DNA of 64,000 bases from Auanema rhodensis (lineage: Eukaryota; Animalia; Nematoda), in assembly GCA_964057225.1 (NCBI GenBank), contig OZ059894.1:13702001-13766000 (forward strand), in the 5' to 3' direction. Both the position numbers and the translations under genes were made by a program. Shown here piece after piece: positions 38,653-52,335 of the stretch (the stretch's first letter is position 1; every line of letters begins with the position of its first letter). Below the pieces are notes generated by a model that was not told the origin of the DNA, made no database searches, and saw only the letters and a program-made list of their open reading frames with translations.

Positions 38653-40249
38653 TCAACGACGTCCAGAAAGAACTTCTCCGAGAAGTCCATTCAATCCATT
38701 AACAACTTCTACTACATCGTCTCTGATGTCACTTATTGGATTTCCTAAAAATATACTAGGTTTTTTCTCGCCTTCAGGCTCAGCATCTTTTTTGGTGTCA
38801 CCTTCTTCAATGTCATCTCCATCAGCATCATCTTCATCATCATCATCATCATCATCATCTTCATCAGCGTCATCTTCATCATCGTCATCTTCATCAGCGT
38901 CGTCTTCATCAGCGTCATCTTCTACGTTTTCATCGTCTTCTTTGTCACCATTTTCATCCTCAACTATATGCTCTTCGTCAGTTGCTTCCTCGGGTTCAGC
39001 AACATCTTCGACTTCAACAGGAGACTCTTCAGGTTCAGCAACATCTTCGACTTCAACAGGAGACTCTTCAGGTTCAGCAACATCTTCGACTTCAACTGGA
39101 GACTCTTCAGGTTCAGCAACATCTTCGTCTTCAACGGGAGACTCTTCGGGTTCAGCAACATTTTCTTCTTCAACGGGAGACTCTTCGGGTTCAGCAACAT
39201 CTTCGTCTTCAACGGGAGACTCTTCGGGTTCAGCAACTTCTTCTTCAACGGGAGACTCTTCGGGTTCAGCAACATCTTCGTCTCCAACGGGAGACTCCTC
39301 GGGTTCAGCTACATCTCCTACTTCAACAGGAGACTCCTCTGCCTCTGCTTCATTCTCCTCATCAGGAGTGGTTGTTTCTGAATCTTCTTCCTCAGCAGTA
39401 GGTTCTTCGGTTTCCTCTGGATCTCCTCCTAATGCAAAAGATAGTTTGATAGCTAAACCAGAAGTAGAATCTTCTGCTTCTCCTTCTTCAGCAGTAACGT
39501 CTTCTGCTTCTTCTGTTACTTCTTCTTCAGCAGTAGCCTCTTCTGCTTCTTCTGCTCCTACTTCTTCAGCATTAGCCTCTTCTGCTTCCTCTGTTACTTC
39601 TTCTTCAGCAGTAGCCTCTTCTTCTTCTGTTACTTCTTCTTCTGCAATAGCTTCTTCTGCATCCTCTGTTACTTCTTCTGCTTCTTCAACAGTAGCGTCT
39701 TCTGCGCCCTCTGTTACTTCTTCTTCAGCAGTAGCCTCTTCTTCTTCTGTTACTTCTTCTTCTGCAGTAGTGTCTTCTGCATCCTCTGTTACTTCTTCTG
39801 CTTCTTCAACAGTAGCGTCTTCTGCGCCCTCTGTTACTTCTTCTTCCTCTTCTTCAACAGTAGCGTCTTCTGCTTCTCCTTCTTCAGCAATAGAGTCGTC
39901 TTCCCCGTCAATGGTAGACTCAGCTTCTTCATTTTCATCAGTTGTGTCCACTGGGTCAATTACATCTTCATCTCCGTCTTCTGAAGGCGATTCTTCTTCC
40001 GGAACATTAATTTCTGCGTCTTCATCGGTCGCCATATCATCCTTATCAGTTAACAATAATTCAAGGTTTTCTAGTGTAGGAAAATCTTCTAAAGTATCTA
40101 ATCCAATACTTATATCTTCAGTATCTTCTCTCTAAGAAATAGTAATATTAGAATACTAAACATTAATTATTATCACAAACCGAATACTGAGGATATGCGA
40201 ATGCAAGAAGCATCATGCTTCCAATGACAAGGAACCGGAAAGCCTTCAT
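38653..40249 (-). CDS. Secreted, extremely acidic repetitive protein (~515 aa, 2 exons)
   Basis: Exon 1 40249-40181 MKAFRFLVIGSMMLLAFAYPQYS (signal peptide) splices in phase 0 to 40131, which is in frame with the 467-aa E/D-rich ORF. Repeat blocks EEVTEEAEEATA, then EPEESPVEDEDVA (39-nt units), then poly-Asp; ends ...GLLGEVLSGRR*. Confidence 0.88.
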
Positions 40250-41001
40250 GATTGCTTGAAAGCAATAGAATGTTTCTTGTAGTTTCTTATATAGTCATCA
40301 CTCTTATCAAAATTTGGCAAAACTAGAGTAAACAACAAACATTTATGATCGTAATCTTTTCCTTGTCGTTATATATTTTTTTTAAATGTCTGTCTGTCTT
40401 TGCTTGACAAACATTTATTTTTTGAATTATGTATGTATTGCGTATACTGTTTTCTATAGTTTTCTTCTGAAATTTTGGAAAGGCACGCATAAAGTACCTA
40501 ATTTTATGCTCAATAATCATTAAATAATTGTTTAATTAAATAAATTAATTATTGTTCAGAATGGTATAGTACATTCCTCTCAAAATTTAACAGATTGAAC
40601 TTATTTAACTGTACTAATATATATAATAAAGTTTAAAAAAACATATAATATTGTTTGAATATTGATTAAACTACACAAATTTGTACATTTGGATAATTTG
40701 AGTGAATAATCTTTCTATAGAAAAAAAGGTTCAATGATTCTTCAAGATTCGTTTAAAAAAAAGTTATACTTCTATGTTTTTTTTTTTTTGAAATTTGAAA
40801 ATAATTTTCGAACTTACACCTTAAACTATATATTTTTTTCAGTTTCTGGTTAATACATAACTACTTTTCTGATTAATCAAAATACTATATGATATAATTT
40901 TTTTTGTTATCATCTTTAACTTACCATTCACTCCTAAGTACTATACTATATTAATCTTTTGTTTATGCAGATAATGAAGATATAAATCATTTTCAAACTT
41001 T

Positions 41002-41306
41002 GGCGCTGGTATTGTTTCGCCCACCCCCCCCCTAATAATCAGAGAGTTAACATTAGAGCGCGCTTATAACATTTTGGGCACGCACTAGCTTTGCATAAAC
41101 CAGCGGGAGTGCTCTATCCCAAATCCGGGGGGTCTGGGGGGGTATCCCCCCCAGATAGAGAGAGCTTCAACAAAACTTAAAAGTATTAAAAGTATCAGAG
41201 AGAGCACTCCCACTCGCAGAGATGAGACTCTTTATTTTCAGGTAAAAAACGCATGCGCTCTAATGTTAACTCTTATGGGGGGGGTGGGCGAAACGATACC
41301 AGCCCC
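41002..41306. mobile_element. 305-bp MITE / non-autonomous DNA transposon with long TIRs and an 8-bp TSD (Merlin-like)
   Basis: Left end GGCGCTGGTATTGTTTCGCCCACCCCCCCC...AGAGTTAACATTAGAGCGC mirrors right end GCGCTCTAATGTTAACTCT...GGGGGGGGTGGGCGAAACGATACCAGCCCC. Flanked by direct repeat CAAACTTT at 40994-41001 and 41307-41314. Confidence 0.88.
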
Positions 41307-41938
41307 CAAACTTTTTTTTATTATATAAAAGTATATAATTTATAAAATTTTTACTATGAATATAAAAAAAATTGTGTATAAATTGAAATTTTTACTCACA
41401 GATAATCGTACTTCCATCGTTGTCAACCGCATACCGTAATCCTACAACTTACATATTCAACAAAAAAGTTAATAAATTGTTCTTATTATAAAACAAAAAT
41501 ATGTAATAAAAATTTAATTATATTTACTTTCTATACGCAATTCATTCCCTAACAATACATTTTTTTATATTTCTATTATCTGCAAAAAAAACTTTCAGAT
41601 TACAGTATTTGTTTTTTACAAAAAACATGAAATAATCCTTATTGCTAAGAAAATACCAGATTTTCAGATAAAATAGGTATCTATCTCTTTCTGTCATCTT
41701 GTAAGTATTATTAAATTAGTCTATAATTAAAGGGATAATTGAGAAAATAGGCTAAAAATTACAATAAATCCTAATTTTAATATAAAATTGAACATAGTAT
41801 AATAAATATTTATTGAAATAATATACAGATATATAATTCATAAAACATTAAAAAAACATTATATACAAGCATATATGTAGTTTTTTTGATTTAATAATTA
41901 TATTTTTTATTGAAAATCATTAGAATTTTCAAATTATA

Positions 41939-42590
41939 CTAAACTTTATATGGAATATAAGGGAGCAACTCTGGTCGAATAACAACCAAAACTCTATTAG
42001 AAGGAATTGCTGGAGTTTTCTTTAATCCAAGACCGTCAAGAACACCACCAATAATTCCAGGAATCAGGCCTACTGGTTTGGTTGGTGGGGGTGTATATGC
42101 AGGCACAGTTGGTAGGGTTGGATATGTAGGCAGAGCTGGTTGAGTTGGATATGTAGGCAGAGCTGGTTGAGTTGGATATGTAGGCAGAGCTGGTTGGGTT
42201 GGATATGTAGGCAGAGTTGGTTGGGTTGGATATGTAGTCTGAGCAGGTGGCTTGGAGCTTCCAAAAAGTGATCCAAAAAATCCTGGATCCGAGGGTGGAA
42301 CTGATGGTGTGCCTAGAATAATTTCAAGTTAAATTGGTGAAAAAATATAATAAATACCTAGAAAGGGGTTTAAAACACTATTAACAGTGTTAGTTATTCC
42401 TTGGAGCAGCCCAGGTTGCGAACCTGATGAACTTGAGCCGCCACCAAAGAGAAAACGTGCCTCACCCATAGCATTTTGAACATTCTGAAGTATGAATGAT
42501 GAAATATACATATGTTACAAATCCTACCTTGGATATGACAGGTGAAAACAAGCAGCTTAGAACTACAATCTGATAAGCTTTAAGCATCAT
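41939..42590 (-). CDS. Secreted Pro/Thr/Tyr-repeat protein, 3 exons
   Basis: TTTCAG before the ATG at 42590; MMLKAYQIVVLSCLFSPVISK/NVQNAMGEARFLFGGGSSSSGSQPGLLQGITNTVNSVLNPFLG/TPSVPPSDPGFFGSLFG...(TYPTQPALP)x5...GLIPGIIGGVLDGLG...LPYIPYKV*. Confidence 0.85.
42103..42237 (-). repeat. 27-bp coding minisatellite, ~5 copies (TYPTQPALP)
   Basis: Unit ggatatgtaggcagagctggttgagtt repeated on the + strand. Confidence 0.9.
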
Positions 42591-43872
42591 TGCTCTGAAA
42601 CGTTTTTGAGTTCACAAGTGATTTTTATTGTTCTATCAGCCTCCTTATATACGCATATTTCTTATCATAAAGTTTGTAGAGAAAATCACCAAAAAAGACA
42701 AAAAACTAATAAACAATATCAAAATGTACCAAAAAAAAGTTTAAAGAAATAATAATTACGTAAATCTACTGATTTGTTATCAACTTGAACTTTATATGAT
42801 CATTTTTTATCAATCATCTTTTACTTAAATTTACCTCATTTATATGTTATATATAGCTAATTTATATTATTTTATATTAAAATTATTAATATTTTATGAA
42901 TTAAATCATAAAATTCTCATAAATATTATTCAATTATATGTTATAAGTTTTCATTTTTTGAAGAAAAAAGAAGAAAAGAACAGTTGAACTGTGTTTATTC
43001 TAGTCGATTAAAATATAATTTGACGTCATTGTATTTTGAATTTCAGATCATAATCCCCCTTTCAAGAACATTATTTTCAACTTAAAATTGTATTTTTTTC
43101 ACTCATATGATATTTATTAATCATTAAGCATTAGGATTATTAAAGGAACTTTAAAGACAATATTCGGATAATATAATCTTATGTAAACAAATCAATGAAA
43201 ATCGTCTTAAATTTTAAAAATTGAAACTTTTTAATATTGATTAATCCATATATAAACTTGGAAAACAATAAACAACACCTGATTTTATTATGACAATTTC
43301 TTATGACAACAAAGGATTTTTTTTAAAAAAAATGCATATAAAACCGTTCAAATGAGAATAATAAGAAGAAAAAAAACTTGAGTTTAGATAATTTGAACTT
43401 CAACAGAATGCTGTACCTAATTAAAAAATTTCCTTAAAGATGGAAGTTGTAGCAGGGGCAAACTCTGAAAGCAATGTAACTTAAGGGGGAAAAGTAAATA
43501 TTCCAAATAATTTATTTATGTTTCTTATATTTTACATAAATACATTTAATATATATAAATATAAATATAAATATATATATAAATACACAGATAATTATTG
43601 TTTTAAAATATTATTGATTCTCTCCTATTTTGTTTTAGGATTGAATCTAAAATATTTCTAAATAGGAATATACAAGATAAAGGAAAGTATTTCGAGTTTT
43701 TCATGAAACCTTGGTAGATGCTCTAAGATGATTTTAAAAACAAATATTGAGCATTATTTTTGTAATAGATTAGAACTATCATACAAATTAAAATTAAAAT
43801 TACATATTATGCGCTCAAAATATTAATTTAATTCTCAAAATATGCCATTCATCACAGAATAACTTCTTTAAT

Positions 43873-45996
43873 CTATTGAGACCATGCGATTTGTGGCTTT
43901 CTATCAACTGTAGGTAGCTTCCCTTCGAGCTAAAAGTAATAGAAATTAAAAAATTGTTCGAATATAATACGATATTATTCATTTTCTATCTTCCATATAA
44001 ATTAATTTCAAAAATATTTTACGTATATTAGAACTGATTTGATATCAGATGAAACACCTGATTAAAAACTGAAACAAACAAAAGGCGCAATTTTCTTTTT
44101 CAAACAATGTAATATGAAATCATTCAACCTTTTTTTCTAATAATTAGTCTTAACACGAATGCTTTTCGTTATTTTTTTATTTACTTACTTGTTTCATATC
44201 TTCATTCATTACACGTTCCCCTAATTTGCACAACCCAAAGAAAAATAAAAATCCAATAACGATAATTCCAGCACCGAAAATGACTGAAAAGAAAATATGT
44301 TTGTTTGACTATATACATGTACTTTACGTAGTATGACTGGTGGTCCAGTAATTATGAATCCCACAATTGCAGCAAATTCAATGACATATACGAACCAGGC
44401 CAAAACCTGAAGATGTTAAAGCCGATTGTATTAACAATGGATTAATGTGCTTCAAGGACCTGACGATGGAAGTGTGATCCGATAAAGCTGGCAACTGGAG
44501 CTACTATTAAAGCAACTGGAATTGTAACTTTCACAAAGTTATAAGTTTGTTCAGTAACATCTCCAACCCAAATAGCGCGATAATATCCAGATACCAAAGC
44601 ATTTACCCCTGTATAGAGATAGAAATGTATATTGAGTATAGTTAGTGTTAAGAAATATACCCATAATTTCGATTGTTGTAGGAGTGGCAACTTTTTCCGA
44701 AATACGGAATAATACGGTAATGATGGAAAAAATACAAATATCAGTTCCAGAACCAGTAAAAGCTGTTAGAATACCTATAAGAATAATAAATATATATATT
44801 AATTATACATTATAAATCAATCAAAACCTCCAAAAAATCCTGTGAATATAAGAATTGTAGCCTTTTTCAAATCAACATTTTGAATTTCATTGAATGTTTT
44901 TCTCTTTTTTTCTCTATTTAATATATATAATGCTACTGCAAATGATGACCAAATAGAGACAAAAAGCATTTTCTTTTGTGGACCAGTTAATAGATTATCA
45001 AACTAAAATGATTATAAATAAGTTTTAAAACAATAAAAAGTGAAAGTTTACAAATTCAAATCCTATAATGAGACCAGGAATGGATCCAAGTAATCCATAT
45101 AACGTTGCTGTAGATTCTACTTTTACCTTCATATAATGAACAGAAAACGTAGCCACAACCAGACCTATAAAAGAAAAAATGTTTTTAGATAATTAGTATA
45201 CAAATATTTATATATTAATCATCAGATTAATTATTATTTTTATGTAATTTTGTGTAAACTTCAATGAGGGTTCATATTTCATTTTTGAAATAACGATTTT
45301 GATATTTATTTACAATATTTAACTATATTGTACTAATTGCACTCATAGAGGACTATTAGATGACTGTATATGGCTATATATGGATTACTGGCATTTGTCT
45401 AATATCTCCCAAAATAACTTAGTTAATACCTGCACATTCGATCAGTACAGCAAAATCTCGCGCATGCTTAGGATCAATATGCATTGCCAATGTCATGAAA
45501 GGAAATGCTACAGCTCCACCACTTTCAGCTGTCATACCTCAAATAATACATATCCTGTTCATTATATAAATGTAATATATAAATATACCAGCAACAGCAC
45601 ACCCAAGAATCATTACTAATGGCATTTGCCAGTGAGTTGAATACAATGAGAACCAGTTGTAACGATAAGCCGTTAGAAGCCATATAATCTGAACAGAATG
45701 TTATCTTTTGCATCTGAAAAAAAGTTTTCCAGTACCATAGCTATACTTGTAGGTAATATGACAGCTACATATTTACGATGAGTTATGTTAATTCTCTGGA
45801 AGAATCCAGCATCTGCTGGTGGTTCTTCTCTTGGTCCACCACTTAATTGTTGACCTGAAAACAGAAAATGTATAAGCAAAAATATTCTTAAAGTAAATAT
45901 ACCAGCTAGAAAATATTTTTTAAACCAAGCTTTAGCTGTACGTCGCTGGCTAATCTCATCTGTAGATGTTTCCGAAGAAGTTGGTTCCAAAGACAT
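43873..45996 (-). CDS. TauE/SafE (sulfite exporter / DUF81-type) polytopic membrane protein, multi-exon
   Basis: Spliced translation MILGCAVAGMTAESGGAVAFPFMTLAMHIDPKHARDF, GFFGGILTAFTGSGTDICIFS, ISEKVATPT, VAPVASFIGSHFHRQ shows the duplicated Gly-rich TauE motifs. The last exon (LEGKLPTVDRKPQIAWSQ*) is inferred. Confidence 0.8.
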
Positions 45997-48900
45997 TGCT
46001 TAGGACTAGCTGAAAGAAAGAATAATAAGATAGAAATCAACTTTATAATTTTATATACGTATATGTATGTATGTAAAGAGTAGGAAGTAGGATAGTTTGT
46101 GACTATTCAGCAAATAGAAAAGGAGAAATGATATGAAGTATGATAGCGATCTTCGTTTTGAAAGAAATACAAGAATATCTTTAAAGATCAGAAATCGTTA
46201 AGTCATTATGTTCTTCTTCAAAGTCTAACAATCATTACATCACTAGTATCTTGCAAATTATATTAAAGAACAATTTATGCGAAATAAGATCATTTTTGTA
46301 AGAATAATGTTCAGATTAATCAAGAAAAGAACTAAATATGACAAGTGATGTGAAGGCGATCCAATTCTTAATCGTAAACTGTTGTAACGTGATCATGTGC
46401 ACGTACGATTTTCTCTTCATTTTTTGAAAATGAAGGAAAGGGATTCTGACTGTTGAATGAAAATGCTTAAAACTGACATATGTATCTGACATCATCTCAA
46501 AAATAAAATGAACAAGGAAAGCCGGAAAGCAATAGACAGGAAGAGCTGATTTGCTTAGTAGAAATATTAAGATATGACTATAAGATAGAGCGAGAGAGGA
46601 AAAAAGAAGTACAGAATGAGAGAAGAAAAGAGAAAGAGATGTATGAATCCAGATTTCAATTCAAAAACATGATGTAACAATACCGTGTTCTTCAACTATG
46701 GCCAGTCAATAAGATCAGACTAGGATGAAGAACAGCAGCCATCATCGCCTCAAGGCAACATAACACTAACCAGATTACATTGAATGCTGGTGTTATCTAC
46801 ATCAGATATTCTTTTAACTAATAAAGTATCAAAAAAATGTGTGAAGAAACACGTTAAACTGAAAACTTATGTATTTAAATAGAGGCTACAGTAATCAATG
46901 TAAAACTGAAGTATAATTAGAGGAAAGTTTATAGGATTTAAAACAGTTAGAAACACAGAGCATATACATATATGTATGAAGTACGGTATTGTAAGTTGAA
47001 AAATCGGATTTGACCACAGAGTGTCCCAAAAAACAATAGAACTTCATAGTAAAATTGAAGATGATCAGAGAAATAGAGAAGGAAATGGGAAAAAAAGCGC
47101 ATTAGTGGATGATGAAAGTTCATCAATCGACTCAACGATTATGAACTGTGTATTGAATATTTTGTAGGAAAACACTTGATTACCATTTGTTTCTGTGATG
47201 AGAGATACTAGTTTTCAGGCTGCATCTATATTTGGTAACATAATCCAATATTATGATGATATGAAACATATATTTAATAACACATGATTTAAAAAACTGA
47301 ATGAACTCTAAATATAAATTTGATATGAAGAGAATAAGAGAGATAGAGAGAAAGAAGAGTATTTTTTCGGTTACATTGAACTGAAATGTGAGTTCAACAG
47401 CATTTTAATAACAAAAAATAATAATTTAATAGTTTTCAGAGAATTTGAAACAAAGTTGTTGGTTAATAGAATATTGTACAAAATAAAATAAATTTCAATT
47501 TTTATTTCAATTATCAAGATGTTCATAACATCATTTATATGAAATAATCAAATAAATATAAATAATTTTAAATATTATTGAAATATTTTAAGAAATAAAT
47601 AGTTAAAATGAAAAAGAAACAATACCGATTGTTGTTTATTGCTTATTGTTTACCATATTTACAAACATTCATAAGCTCAATAGACTGTTATTGTTAATTT
47701 TTTTTCTTAACTACTAAGTAGATTTCAATTTTCTTTTTTTTTTATTTCTTTGTTGCATAAATATATAATTAAGCTATAACTTTGATTTTTTTAAACAATT
47801 GCAAAACTTGTCTAGAATGAAAGCTTCTCATCCATTTGTGTTTTTTTTTTCAACTTAACTTGTTGATAATTTCTACTTACTAACAATAATTCTAAGTTAA
47901 AATAGAAACTATAAACAAACAAACCATAATTTGTAATTGAAGTATAATTAAAACTAAAAAAATAGTTGTTTACAAGTTGTCAGAAATATAAGATGAATCT
48001 CTTTGAGTTTCTCGTTTTCTTTGACATTGTCTGTTAGTTTCTTTTCTTTTCTGTATTGATATGAATATGTAAAGTTATATTAGTAATATAAAATGATTCG
48101 TCATTGTAGTAATTGAAAAAGTTTCCTTTTTTTTTTATTCAATACCTGCCAATAAAATTATATAAATTGATTGATTGATTAATATAATTTTTATATTAAA
48201 TTTAAATAATAATTAATCTTTAAATCCTTTAATATATATTTAAAAAACTTTTTTATCTTCAATATATGTATATATTTAAATTAAAACTCTTTAAGCTTAG
48301 AAGTAAAATTCAACTGGAGCATGTATCAAGATACTTCAAGAATTATAAATAGAAAGCAGTTTCATAAAATATTTATTTAATATACTCTAAATCATTATAA
48401 TTGGCGAACGAATGTGCAAAAACTCAAAATAAATTTAAATCTTTATTTGAAAAACAGTTACTTCATTAGGATAAGGCTGACATCATGTTCACTATGTTCT
48501 ATCTTACTAATCACTTCTTCATTTCTTAAAAACATATCATTTACTTTAATAATTAAAAAAATATAATATTTTATGAATTTATGTTAAATCATTAATGTTT
48601 TAATGATCAAATTAAAATATATTTCAGTTTAATTAAAAATGGTTTAAATAAGAAAAGATATCATATCAATGTACTTTCGATAAACTCGTCTTTCTCTTAT
48701 TTTTCAACAGAATATAGCTTAAAATGATTATTCATTTAGAAAATATTTAATCTTTTAAAACTGATAATTTAGAAGGAAATTAAAATTAATTTTATATAAA
48801 ATATTCAAATATTCTAAATATATCCACAAATCTTTTCTTTTTTTTTCATTTAAAAATAAAATAATTTTCTCAGAATATTTGAAAATCAAACAATAATTGC

Positions 48901-49595
48901 TTACAATCATAAGAGATTTCTTTGCAAAACTATTTACTGTATCAAGTATATATATATATATCTGAGAAATATTAGTCTATAACAACAACTATTTTGATAT
49001 AAAATAACCAAAGAATAGAACACAGACCATATTCTTCTCATTCATTTTCATAAAATTCAAATTTTAAATAGAATTTTATGAAATATATATCTGCAAAGAT
49101 ACCATCTTTTCTTTTTTATTATTTTAGATTTTGTATTTAATACAAATATTATAATTATAACAACAATAATTGCTATAAATTATTATAAATTATTCATATA
49201 TCATTACTTATTTTCTTAAAAATGGTTATTTGCTCTCTTTCAAGCCAACAAGTTTATTCATGAACATCATTCTTTGCTTTTCTAAGTATCTGATGTTTAT
49301 AAATGAATAATATATTATCAAAGTTTGGTGTTTTTCTTTTATTTCTTGCAACTTATTAGCAACTTTATCTTTTATTATGTGAACTTTATTAATTAAAAAG
49401 ATATGTGTACATATAGTTTACTTTATTTAGAATATGATACAATATAAATAATAACTAATATCAAATATTAAATCAAATATATAAAAGTAAAATATAATTA
49501 AGTACTATTGTACCAATTAATTTTCAAATCTTTTTAGTTCTTTATTTCCCACAGGACTCATGAGATAATCAGGTGAAAATTCACAAGAATCAACC

Positions 49596-51440
49596 ATGCA
49601 GCAAGCAGGTACTGAATACATAATCTAAGGAAACTTTTTACTACTTATGTTAATATGAAGTAATATGTTCTGAACAGAACATAAAAGAAATCACAAAATA
49701 ATTTTGTTTTTTTGTTTTCAAATGTTTTTACATCAAATAAATTTTTTTTAAATTTAATATTTTTAAAGATCAAGTTGTTGGTAATCGAACTGCTCTTATG
49801 TCAGCTACATTAGAAGAATCATATCGTAATGCTGCAATTCTTTTCTGTGTAAGAAGATTAAAATAATATTATTTATATATTATTATAATTATAATATTTA
49901 TAATAATATAATTTAAAATATTTCAGATATGTCTTCCTGGATTCTTATTCAATGCTTTTTCTAGTTATATCTTATTACATCATCGTGCATTCAAGTTCGT
50001 TTTCAATATTTCTTCTAACATTTTTAACTTATTAAATAAAAAAATTGTTTATATAATATTTAAAAATAATTATATATTTGTAATTAAAATAATTAATATA
50101 ATCTTATTTTATTAAGAAATCCATTTGGTAAACTTGTCGCTGCACATACTGTATCTAACGCCATTTTAGTTTTTATTATGTTAACGTGGGCAACACCTGC
50201 AATTATATTGTAAGTTTTGAATATTTTCATAAACTTACAGCCTTTGTCTTAAACTTACTTTTAAGGAAAATAGAATCAAATATATATATTGATATGAATC
50301 GCAGAGTTGGTCAATTAGCAATATTTTTTCAAGAATGTGCATATCATATGTCATTGTTTATCTCATTCAACAGGTTTTTTTCTCTCAAATACAATTTTGA
50401 AGAAAAAGAAAATATTTTCTTTTTAGATTTATGGCAATTGGAATGCCAATCAAATCTAGGATTTTTTTTACAAATAAAGCTACAAACATTATAATTATAG
50501 CAACAGGTTGTGGATGTGCAATGATGTCTTCAATTTATTTTATTCGTAAATATTAAATTTTTTAATTTTTAAAAATTCTCTTCTGCTTCAGCTGGTTGTA
50601 ACTTTTCTTTCAATGCTATAACAGATATTTGGGAATTTGAAAACACTTTTTGTGGAAATGTTTTAGCTTTCATTGACTTATTCTACAATGTTTTTATTTT
50701 TTCTTTAAATTGTGTTTTTGATATGATTACATTATTTTTATTAAAAGGTGCTAATGAGGTATATTATTTTATATTTTTATATAATAAGATTTAGTAATGA
50801 TTACTATACAAAATGTTCATGTTTTTTTCCAAAAAAAGATGTTTGGCATCTCGCATAATTCAGTTTGTAACAAACTCTGTGATTAATAATCTATGATCTA
50901 GAACTTTTAAAATCTTCCCAGCCATGATTATACATATAATTAGAAAAAAAATGTTATTCAATTATTTTTAGAGAATACTTGGTACTATGCAATTGTCAAG
51001 TAAAGAAGAAATTATGAAACGACAGCGTCGTGAAATTTTATTTTTTTCACAGGTTTTCTTCTTTTTTTTTATTTAAAATTAAAAAAAATAATTTAGGCTT
51101 TAACAAATACTTTTGTTTATTGTTTTATGTTGATATCATTTCATGTTATCAGTACTTTTTTCGATGATCGTTTATATGTTGTATTATCAACAACAATGGT
51201 ATGGGCTTTAGCACATTCAGCTGGAGGGTATGTTTTCATATTTATTATGGTATATATATATATATATATCTTAATATTAAAATACAAAAACATCTTAATT
51301 AATGCTATTATAGATTTATTGTAATTATTTTTAATGTTGAAATACGAAATCTTCTATTTTTCTGTAGAACGAACAAGCTCACACAAACTAATATGAGGAC
51401 CGTTTGTAATACTATTCCAACAGCTACGTCAACGTTTTAA
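49596..51440 (+). CDS. Serpentine chemoreceptor GPCR, Srx-like, multi-exon
   Basis: Seven hydrophobic segments with Srx-type motifs KNPFGKLVAAHTVSN, ISFNRFMAIGMP, GCNFSF...WEFENTFCG, RREILFFSQ, WALAHSAGGFIVIIFNVEIR. TAA at 51438-51440. The start codon is tentative. Confidence 0.85.
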
Positions 51441-52335
51441 CTATGTATATAAACTATATATACATATATAGTTATATATGTATTCATATGTTATATGTTA
51501 GTATAATACAAAACTCAGACTAAGTTATAAGATTAATTTCTAGTTACACGATCTCATGCACATTTCAATATTTCCCAGTTAAAATCTTGGTTTATTTAAT
51601 TTCATTTGAGAGAAAAACTTTAAGAATATATGATCATTGAGTTTAATAAACCAACTCAAATGTTTTATTAAAATCCACAATTATGATATTATTATTGGTT
51701 TAAACACCCGAAGTTTCAACTGAATCTATTGACAATTTTTTAAAATACAGGAAATGATATGAAAATCATAGATTGTTAGGTTGTTACGTATATGTATATG
51801 AATAATATTTAATCCTTAAGTTCACTTTTGCTTACATCTTTATTTAATAATTTGTGAAAATTGTCTGAATTTGTATTATATATTTGTAAAAAAATAAAAT
51901 ATAACTATGAATCAATTCACAGTATTATATATATAAATAGATATATAATTGTATATATTTCAATAAAAATATGTATAAAAGTACAAATTTATTGCGAAAA
52001 ATTGAAAATTACTTGATGACTGCTTTATTAGAAATCTGTTGTTATACATGGGCGGTACATGGTTTGTTTAAAAGGAAAGTTTTAGGCACAATAATGTTGT
52101 TTTCTTGTTAAGGAAATATTCTGTTGAAACGGATAATCATTAGGTTAGTTCTATTCGGAAGGCGCGAAACAACCGAATAGATAGAAGGTGAAGGAGAACA
52201 AGATTAACCGACTAAATGAGGTTTCCTCAGTTAATGATGACGAGAACACATAGAAATATTAACAAAAACGATAAATGTATTGTTAATCTTATATAGTTTA
52301 TTAATATGTGATTATTGATTGAGAAATCAATTCAA

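Noticed and set aside
38726-40135. 469-aa Ser-rich ORF on + strand and the other overlapping ORFs at 38964-39401
   Set aside because: Antisense and alternate-frame shadows of the GAA/GAT-rich repeat gene. The - strand frame has the signal-peptide exon, splice sites and promoter.
38985-42240. CRISPR-like or satellite interpretation of the 39-bp and 27-bp repeats
   Set aside because: These are in-frame coding tandem repeats without unique spacers, in a eukaryotic genome with no cas genes.
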